Source of the DNA: Naegleria gruberi
Lineage: Eukaryota
NCBI GenBank assembly: GCA_000004985.1
Contig: GG739102.1
Length of the DNA: 7,808 bases
Direction: 5' to 3' (one strand)
Part shown: one piece after another, positions 1-7,200 of the stretch
Layout of the letters: each line of letters opens with the position of its first letter
Numbering within the stretch: position 1 is the stretch's first letter
The notes under the pieces: model-generated
Databases searched by the model: none
Told to the model about the DNA's origin: nothing
What the model saw: only the letters and a program-made list of their open reading frames with translations
Made by a program: the position numbers and the translations under genes

Positions 1-2
1 AA

Positions 3-965
3 AAGTCAAAATCAAAGGATGAAGCTGGTGGTCCGAAACATGCCCAATTTTACTCGGCAGGAACTTATGAAGAGGAGGCAGAGAGTGCCGCTGTTCAAAC
101 ACCTGTAGCTGCCTCTTCCGAGACAACAGAGGCCACTCCTACATTGACTAAACAAGAAAAGGCACAAAAAAAGGCCACGAAGGAACATACACTTGGGTTG
201 ATTACTTTTAAAATTATTGAATTTTTGCAGGAAGACACTTCTAAAAAGTATACATTTCAACAAATTTTGGAAGCCATTGATCATAGCAGTTGTACCAATG
301 AAGTTGACGAGGAGGAGGAAAAGGAAAAAACTGGAGTTAAATTTGAGGATTCACTTGCTGCTCATCTTGACGATCGGATAAAGAAGGCCATCTATCTGAA
401 ATTAATGCAAAATCACAAGGTGGATTATCAAGGACCAACCACAAAGAATATCGATGAAAATGCTACCTTTTGCTTTAAGGCTATCCATCAGTCTATCAAG
501 GAAAAAAAACACGTTTTGGAATTATTGCAAAATCCAGAGTTTGTAATTAGTGGAATTCCTGTATCTGAATTGGCTGAAAGTTACAAGGGTGTATTAAATG
601 ATATTGAAGAGCTCAAGAAGGAAAAGGCTGTCATTTCCATACCCAACCAAGATAAGAAGTGTGACATTTTGTACTTTAATGATGTGAGTGTAGATATGCC
701 AATAGTTGATGTTAAACTGAGAGATTTGTGGAGGGGAACAAGAGAGAGACGTATTCCTGCATCAGATTTACCATCCCTCCTACAAAAAGTTGGTCTTCCC
801 GCTATACAAACTGTTGAATGGCCAGAAGATGAACACAGAAAGAAGAAGGAAGCTGAAAGAGAAGAAAATGCAAAGAATACCAAGACTAAACGTACTCGTA
901 AGATGAATGTCAAGAAGATGACCAATAAGCACTTGGCTGAAGAATTTGTTGCTCACCAAAAGTAA
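3..965 (+). CDS. TFA2: General transcription factor TFIIE beta subunit, the small subunit with a winged-helix domain. It is 5'-partial: the frame is open to the window start and it ends at TAA 963-965.
   Basis: Frame 3 has no stop from position 3. Track position 144 is a TTG codon, so it is not the real start. The translation aligns along its whole length with the human TFIIE-beta protein as I remember it. The winged helix GLITFKIIEFLQ...YTFQQILEAI matches human FGVLAKIVNYMK...LTLDEILDET. KKCDILYFNDVSVDMPIVDVKLRDLWRG matches [26 protein letters not shown]. The basic C-terminal tail ends KMTNKHLAEEFVAHQK, against human KTHNEHLAGVLKDY. The N-terminal part in the window is the S/T/A-rich low-complexity region typical of this factor. 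Confidence 0.75.
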   Translation, partial: KSKSKDEAGGPKHAQFYSAGTYEEEAESAAVQTPVAASSETTEATPTLTKQEKAQKKATKEHTLGLITFKIIEFLQEDTSKKYTFQQILEAIDHSSCTNEVDEEEEKEKTGVKFEDSLAAHLDDRIKKAIYLKLMQNHKVDYQGPTTKNIDENATFCFKAIHQSIKEKKHVLELLQNPEFVISGIPVSELAESYKGVLNDIEELKKEKAVISIPNQDKKCDILYFNDVSVDMPIVDVKLRDLWRGTRERRIPASDLPSLLQKVGLPAIQTVEWPEDEHRKKKEAEREENAKNTKTKRTRKMNVKKMTNKHLAEEFVAHQK

Positions 966-1245
966 ATATTCAAAGTTTTTTGACATGATCAAAAAACAGT
1001 TTTACTTCATAACAAAAGAGGGTAGAAATTAATTATGTGTGTTATTGATGTATTAAATTGGGAATGTTTTGTATTATTCGAAATAATATTAATAAGGTGA
1101 TATTCTAAATTTGGTAATTTACAAAGTAATTTCAAATCAATTTCACTAATAGGATTACAAAAGGTTAAATCTCTCAATGTTGATATTTTAGAAATGTAAT
1201 GAAATATATTCTTATTCTTAATAATGCTTCACAAATATGGTCCAA
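966..1245 (+). terminator. AT-rich 3' flank of the TFIIE-beta gene, presumed 3' UTR and polyadenylation region. It is interrupted by the assembly gap.
   Basis: It lies immediately downstream of the TAA stop. It is very AT-rich with TA-rich and AATAAT-like elements and has no ORF on either strand. No specific signal could be confirmed. Confidence 0.25.
1041..1092. repeat. Left copy of an imperfect direct repeat flanking the gap. It reads GTTATTGATGTA, then about 25 nt, then TTCGAAATAATATTA.
   Basis: The 12-mer GTTATTGATGTA (1041-1052) and 15-mer TTCGAAATAATATTA (1078-1092) both recur on the other side of the gap. They keep the same order and a similar spacing, 37 nt here versus 30 nt there. 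TTAAATTG also occurs in both flanks. Confidence 0.5.
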
Positions 1246-2913
1246 NCCNNNNNNNNNNNNNNNNNNNNNNNNNNNNNNNNNNNNNNNNNNNNNNNNNNNN
1301 NNNNNNNNNNNNNNNNNNNNNNNNNNNNNNNNNNNNNNNNNNNNNNNNNNNNNNNNNNNNNNNNNNNNNNNNNNNNNNNNNNNNNNNNNNNNNNNNNNNN
1401 NNNNNNNNNNNNNNNNNNNNNNNNNNNNNNNNNNNNNNNNNNNNNNNNNNNNNNNNNNNNNNNNNNNNNNNNNNNNNNNNNNNNNNNNNNNNNNNNNNNN
1501 NNNNNNNNNNNNNNNNNNNNNNNNNNNNNNNNNNNNNNNNNNNNNNNNNNNNNNNNNNNNNNNNNNNNNNNNNNNNNNNNNNNNNNNNNNNNNNNNNNNN
1601 NNNNNNNNNNNNNNNNNNNNNNNNNNNNNNNNNNNNNNNNNNNNNNNNNNNNNNNNNNNNNNNNNNNNNNNNNNNNNNNNNNNNNNNNNNNNNNNNNNNN
1701 NNNNNNNNNNNNNNNNNNNNNNNNNNNNNNNNNNNNNNNNNNNNNNNNNNNNNNNNNNNNNNNNNNNNNNNNNNNNNNNNNNNNNNNNNNNNNNNNNNNN
1801 NNNNNNNNNNNNNNNNNNNNNNNNNNNNNNNNNNNNNNNNNNNNNNNNNNNNNNNNNNNNNNNNNNNNNNNNNNNNNNNNNNNNNNNNNNNNNNNNNNNN
1901 NNNNNNNNNNNNNNNNNNNNNNNNNNNNNNNNNNNNNNNNNNNNNNNNNNNNNNNNNNNNNNNNNNNNNNNNNNNNNNNNNNNNNNNNNNNNNNNNNNNN
2001 NNNNNNNNNNNNNNNNNNNNNNNNNNNNNNNNNNNNNNNNNNNNNNNNNNNNNNNNNNNNNNNNNNNNNNNNNNNNNNNNNNNNNNNNNNNNNNNNNNNN
2101 NNNNNNNNNNNNNNNNNNNNNNNNNNNNNNNNNNNNNNNNNNNNNNNNNNNNNNNNNNNNNNNNNNNNNNNNNNNNNNNNNNNNNNNNNNNNNNNNNNNN
2201 NNNNNNNNNNNNNNNNNNNNNNNNNNNNNNNNNNNNNNNNNNNNNNNNNNNNNNNNNNNNNNNNNNNNNNNNNNNNNNNNNNNNNNNNNNNNNNNNNNNN
2301 NNNNNNNNNNNNNNNNNNNNNNNNNNNNNNNNNNNNNNNNNNNNNNNNNNNNNNNNNNNNNNNNNNNNNNNNNNNNNNNNNNNNNNNNNNNNNNNNNNNN
2401 NNNNNNNNNNNNNNNNNNNNNNNNNNNNNNNNNNNNNNNNNNNNNNNNNNNNNNNNNNNNNNNNNNNNNNNNNNNNNNNNNNNNNNNNNNNNNNNNNNNN
2501 NNNNNNNNNNNNNNNNNNNNNNNNNNNNNNNNNNNNNNNNNNNNNNNNNNNNNNNNNNNNNNNNNNNNNNNNNNNNNNNNNNNNNNNNNNNNNNNNNNNN
2601 NNNNNNNNNNNNNNNNNNNNNNNNNNNNNNNNNNNNNNNNNNNNNNNNNNNNNNNNNNNNNNNNNNNNNNNNNNNNNNNNNNNNNNNNNNNNNNNNNNNN
2701 NNNNNNNNNNNNNNNNNNNNNNNNNNNNNNNNNNNNNNNNNNNNNNNNNNNNNNNNNNNNNNNNNNNNNNNNNNNNNNNNNNNNNNNNNNNNNNNNNNNN
2801 NNNNNNNNNNNNNNNNNNNNNNNNNNNNNNNNNNNNNNNNNNNNNNNNNNNNNNNNNNNNNNNNNNNNNNNNNNNNNNNNNNNNNNNNNNNNNNNNNNNN
2901 NNNNNNNNNNNNN
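1246..2913. other. Assembly or scaffold gap: 1668 consecutive N, apart from cc at 1247-1248.
   Basis: A run of N. The long all-X ORFs in the track across this interval are artefacts. Confidence 0.99.
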
Positions 2914-2930
2914 CTCAGAGATGAAATTAA

Positions 2931-2975
2931 GTTATTGATGTACATCAATCGATAATTATTTTCGAAATAATATTA
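2931..2975. repeat. Right copy of the same imperfect direct repeat. It reads GTTATTGATGTA, then about 18 nt, then TTCGAAATAATATTA.
   Basis: It holds GTTATTGATGTA at 2931-2942 and TTCGAAATAATATTA at 2961-2975. It is the partner of the 1041-1092 copy. Confidence 0.5.
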
Positions 2976-3059
2976 TTAAATTGTGAAATAAACAACCCAA
3001 ACCAACGTTCATTTGTTGATTGAAGCAAACGTGATCATCTTTTAAAAATACTTATTAAA

Positions 3060-3231
3060 TCAATCGAAGGCGTTGTTGTATTCTTCTTGCCAGCCATCAC
3101 GGAAGAGCAATCGTGTTTACAAAAAAACTTCCGATAGGAAATAAAACACAGTCAAATCGTTCCGAGACTAGCCATTCACAACAACAGCGAAAAAAAAAAT
3201 AACAAGAAACCCCTCGCTATACAACAATAAG
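3060..3231 (+). promoter_or_regulatory. Putative promoter and 5' UTR of the HSP90-like fragment.
   Basis: The leader on the coding strand is A/C-rich. It has a poly(A) tract at 3192-3201 and an A at -3 (aagATG). This is typical of a highly expressed yeast-type gene. I could not find a convincing canonical heat-shock element (nGAAnnTTCn arrays). Confidence 0.3.
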
Positions 3232-3636
3232 ATGTCTACCGAAACATTCAAGTTCCAAGCTGAGATTAATCAATTGATGAGTTTGATCATCAATACCTTC
3301 TACAGCAATAAGGAAATCTTCTTGAGAGAATTGATATCCAATGCTTCTGATGCTTTGGATAAGCTTCGTCACATCAGTTTGACTGAACCATCAGTCTTGG
3401 ACTCTGAAAGAGAGTTGTTCATCCACATTATTCCTGATAAGGTTAACAAGACATTGACCATTAGAGACTCGGGCCTGGGCATGACTAAGGCCGATTTAAT
3501 TAATTGTTTGATCCATAGTAATCACAATCACTGGGACCTTAATAAAATGCTCTTTGAAAAAATTTTAAAAAATATTTTCTCTCTTGCTCGACAACATGCA
3601 CCCCTTAATAAAATGGAATTTCTTCTTCAAAATTGA
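3232..3636 (+). pseudogene. HSP90: HSP90 (Hsp82/HtpG family) N-terminal fragment. Homologous residues 1-91 are encoded at 3232-3504. An unrelated 43-codon tail then runs to TGA at 3634-3636. This is a truncated or chimeric HSP90-derived ORF.
   Basis: The translation starts [47 protein letters not shown]...[18 protein letters not shown]. This is the HSP90 ATP-binding N-domain up to the G1 box. The expected continuation NLGTIAKSGT...GQFGVGFYS (ATP lid and G2 box) is absent in all frames downstream. The tail [43 protein letters not shown] is instead low-complexity. Near-invariant positions are substituted: DKIRY is DKLRH here and DSGIGM is DSGLGM. Confidence 0.7.
3537..3615 (+). repeat. Exact 13-bp direct repeat CCTTAATAAAATG at 3537-3549 and 3603-3615. 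It sits inside the non-HSP90 tail just past the homology breakpoint.
   Basis: The exact 13-mer was seen twice, 66 bp apart. Confidence 0.4.
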
Positions 3637-3905
3637 AAAATATCTTTTTACTCTCGTAAACTGATAGTATCAAGTTTGAATCATCACACTAGCCTCTGTT
3701 CTTTCACCAAACAATCCGATCGTGGCAATTAGCTTCCATGTGATGACAAATGCTATTGTTGTGATTTTGATTCCTTACATTCTCCACAATGATGGAAGTA
3801 AATTGGTTTTTTGATGGTAATGATGATGATCATTTGTTACTCCACTGAAATTACATGACCGATTTATTTTTACTCATCCATAAACAATCAAGCGAAAAAG
3901 CGATT

Positions 3906-4171
3906 TTGCAACACAATGTGAAACAAGCCTAAATTCCTTCCTTATTCGAAATTAACTCAAAAAAAAAACGCTGCATTTATTGACTCACATAGTTGACAAA
4001 TCAATATTTGCAACACTTGGCAACAAGCCTTTGGTATACAATTCATCACAAGACTTTCATCATCATCACAACAAGACTTTCATCACAACCCTGGTTCACA
4101 TCTAACTGACATAACTAATTTTCAATCTTTCATCAAAATTCAAATTATCTAAAAACAAGCCTTTTTGCAAC
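3906..4171 (+). repeat. Dispersed short motif family. AACAAGCCT occurs three times (3922-3930, 4022-4030, 4154-4162). TTGCAACAC occurs twice (3906-3914, 4008-4016), with TTGCAAC at 4165-4171. The first two instances form a composite unit of 23-25 bp, TTGCAACAC-N5-7-AACAAGCCT.
   Basis: The exact 9-mers were seen at the listed coordinates. The spacing between instances is about 100 and 132 bp. Confidence 0.45.
4044..4084 (+). repeat. Imperfect tandem duplication. The sequence is CATCACAAGACTTTCATCA followed by CATCACAACAAGACTTTCATCA.
   Basis: Read directly from the sequence: two adjacent units of 19 and 22 bp sharing CAAGACTTTCATCA. Confidence 0.6.
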
Positions 4172-4290
4172 TTCACATCTACCAGATACAAAACCATAAG
4201 AAACAACCCTATTCAAATCCATTCAAGTCTCGCAGCAACAACAACACTCATCATTCATTCACTAATTAAATCCTTCGTCATACCATCACA

Positions 4291-7200
4291 ATGTTATCAG
4301 CATCAGCAGAAAATAATCTGCAAGACATGTTTGCTCAATTCCTCAAAGGTCAAAGGGTTGACACTGGAATGGAAGAAGAAAACAAAAAGTTGAAGAAACA
4401 AGTTAATTTTCTCCAAAATCTTGCCTGGGAAAAAGAGCAAGAACTTGAAGAAAGGGATAACGCATTCTATGCAATGGCTGCAAGGGTTGATGGAGGTGTG
4501 CTAGCAAAATATTATACAAAAATAGTTAAAAGTGATAGATCCTATAGAATGCAAATCAATACCATCAAACAACAACTCAAAGAGTGTGATCCAGATGATA
4601 CATTAATTATGAATTCCTTAAAGAAGAAGATTGAGACATTAAACAAGGAACAAGAAGAAGATAAATCCCAATATTTCCTTGAGTATGAGAATGCAATGAA
4701 GATTACTGATGCTGAATTACATGCCATTTACCAAAAACACAATGCAGAGATGTTGGAACAGAAAAAGTTGATTGACTATCTTTATGCAAAGAGCAACGAA
4801 TACGAGTTGACTGGAAAGAAACTTAATGATGGACTGATGGGGAAGGCGTTAGAAATTGAAATACTCAAGAAAAGAGTACAAGAGACTGAGAATCGTTTAA
4901 GAGATGAAGAAAATAGATTTTTAACAGCACAAAATCAGACAATGAATGAATTTGATCTCCGAAACAAATCATTAATTTCAGAAATGAATACTAATCATCA
5001 ATCATTAATATTAGAATTGGACACAAAGCATCAAATGTTAGTATCAGAAATGAATCAAAGATACATGACAAAATTGTCTGAGTTGGAAGAAGAAAACAAG
5101 CAATTAAGGGTCGATACATCAAATTTTTTGCTAGAGTTACAACATTCAAAGTTAAGAATTGATCAATTGGAACTTGAAGTTAAGGAAGCAAAATTAACAC
5201 AGCTAACACTTGGACAGGCAGCTATTAATCAAACTCCTACTACATATTCCAGAACTGAGGCCATGAAAGATTTCAATATCGGTGCATTTTCTGGTGATGC
5301 CATGAGTATTCTCCTTAGACCTCAACAAAGACAAACAATTAGAGAATTTCAGTTCAATCCAGAACAAGACAATGTTACAACATTCCAAGGATATATAGAA
5401 GCTTCAAGAAAAGTGGGTAAAAGAACCTTTGAGAAAAACACTTTAAACAATCATAGGTGTGCAGTAAGGAGTTACTTGAAATTTATTTCAATGTCTCCAG
5501 AGGAAATAGAAGTTATTCCACCAAATAATGATGCCATCAATGCTTGGTTGTGTTTCTTAGCAAGAGAATCAAAGGCCTTCAACACTATTTTGAATTATGG
5601 AAGAGGATTATTAAGCCATATCAGAGAAGAAACAGGTGCCAAGAACAATGCCTCAATAGACCAACTAGACTATAGAAGATTTTCTTCCACTTTGAGTAAC
5701 ATTCTCAAATCATTTGGAAATGAAGAAGAAAAGGCATTAGTATACGATGATGTGGAATACTTTAATGTAATGAAGAAGAGTTATTCATCAACAAGAAGAA
5801 CTATTCTTAGAGATAGAGCCATGTTTGCCTGTCAGAGTGCAATTGGTCAAAGACCAGACTCTATTTCATTCATGAAATTGCGTGATGTTGAGATTTTTAT
5901 CACAGTTGACAAGAGGGTCAAAATTATTTACTCAACCAGGAAAATGAAGACAATTTTGAAAAAACCTCACAAACAGCCAATCACTTCTCAACATAATGGT
6001 GATAGAGAGGTTTGTCCAAATCATGTTTTATTGAACTATCTTATCGCAAGAGGTGCTTTGGCTTCATATGACATCAATACTCCGTTGAACAAAGTTTTGG
6101 AAACTCCTGGTCAAGTATTGATAAAAACAGATATGCAAGACAAGTATTTATTTCCTTGCATGAAAGTAGATGGAACTTTTAGAGATAACAATCGTTTAAG
6201 GACTTTGTATTTCACAAGAATATATCGTCAGCTTTTTTCATTAGCTGGCTACAACAAAAAGGTCAGTGGATATTCCCCTAGAAGATCCTGCGTTACTAGA
6301 ATGATTGAACACTTTATGGACAAAAACACTTACAATGCTGGTGCAGAAGTGGTTGTTAAATGGATTGGTTGGGAAGCTGACTCTAAGGTTTTTAGAGAAT
6401 ATGTTGATGATGTTGTCAAGAACCACCTCAAAATTGGTGACATTTTTGGTTTGAATGAAAATGAACAAGACGGTGAAGAAGATGAGCAAGAGGAAGATGT
6501 TGATGAACAAGATCTAGAAGTAGAGGATGAGGAAGATGACCAATTAAATGAAGATGATGATGATTATCAACAGTCATCAGAATGCATTTTAAATGATGAT
6601 GAAATTGAACTTGAATTCATTCTCAAGATTAATGATGATCAACAATCACCAAGAAGTGTAGAGCTTAATATTGAAACAAGACCAGGATTAGACCCTCAAA
6701 TATCAGCCTACATTGAAGACAAATGTAGAACACTTTATGAATTTCCAAATGATCTCATTATCAAATTTCATTCTAAAATGAGAATTCGTTTTGTGAATTT
6801 TTTATTTTTTGCTCACTTTGAATTAATGCTTCAATTCAAAGACACTTGTAACAATAGAAGATTGAATCAAGAGCAGAGAACCAATCTTAAAATGTCAATT
6901 ATTAATGAAAGATTGAAGAATGATAATTTTAGAAAATCACTTGAAGAAGATGTTGAAAAATTTTTCACTAGAATTATGCCAAGTAATAATCCTTCTAAAG
7001 ATTCTAAATTTGATATCTATTTCAAAGGTATTGATATTCCTATTCGTTATCATGACAAAGCTATTGAGATATATGATTCTGCTGATAATGATATGAACGA
7101 TGAATCAGATCAAGATGAGGTGATGATTACATCTGGTGCAGATGAAGATGAGCAAGAAGAGGCCAACTCAAACTCATCAATCATTACATGGACAGCACTT

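Larger units (their letters stand above)
3637..4290 (+). promoter_or_regulatory. Intergenic region, presumed promoter and 5' UTR of the large recombinase-domain ORF. Alternatively it is the subterminal region of a mobile element.
   Basis: It is 654 bp with no ORF. The coding strand is CA-rich with caacaa/catcaca runs. It has a poly(A) tract at 3960-3969 and an A at -3 before ATG 4291 (cacaATGt). It contains the repeated motifs listed separately. Confidence 0.35.

Noticed and set aside
144-146. The track places the start of the first ORF at 144.
   Set aside because: Codon 144-146 is TTG, which only counts as an alternative start. The frame is open from position 3 and the upstream residues are a plausible TFIIE-beta N-terminal region. 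The gene therefore continues beyond the window.
12-992. Minus-strand ORFs 12..284, 581..925 and 780..992 overlapping the TFIIE-beta gene.
   Set aside because: They are antisense to a well-supported conserved CDS. Their translations are low-complexity and Cys/Phe/Leu-rich, as expected from reverse-complemented lysine- and glutamate-rich coding sequence.
1199-2955. Four track ORFs of about 570 aa consisting almost entirely of X (1199..2938 +, 1224..2924 +, 1237..2955 +, 1218..2948 -).
   Set aside because: They arise from translating the N-run, so they are assembly-gap artefacts and not genes.
3060-3231. I looked for heat-shock elements (alternating nGAAn/nTTCn pentamers) upstream of the HSP90 fragment.
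   Set aside because: I found only isolated TTC/GAA units with wrong spacing, for example TTCcgatagGAA at 3129-3140. I cannot claim a functional heat-shock element from the sequence.
3734-3799. A short inverted repeat, CTTCCAT ... ATGGAAG, about 45 bp apart.
   Set aside because: Only 7 bp of complementarity in AT-rich sequence. It is too weak to call a hairpin, terminator or TIR.
3789-3803. A possible micro-exon, ATGATGGAA followed by GTAAAT at 3798-3803, which resembles a 5' splice site.
   Set aside because: No 3' acceptor in phase exists before the 4291 ORF. All AG dinucleotides near 4300-4310 give the wrong phase. There is no supporting branch site at a sensible distance.
4975-5055. Duplicated 12-mer TCAGAAATGAAT (4978-4989 and 5047-5058), encoding SEMN twice.
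   Set aside because: It is an internal heptad-register repeat within the coiled-coil coding region and not an independent DNA-level feature.
6391-6408. A YVDD tetrapeptide (FREYVDDV) resembling the reverse-transcriptase active-site motif YxDD.
   Set aside because: It lacks the RT motifs A and B and a fingers/palm context. The Tyr is the predicted recombinase nucleophile at the correct spacing after the Trp. The resemblance is coincidental.
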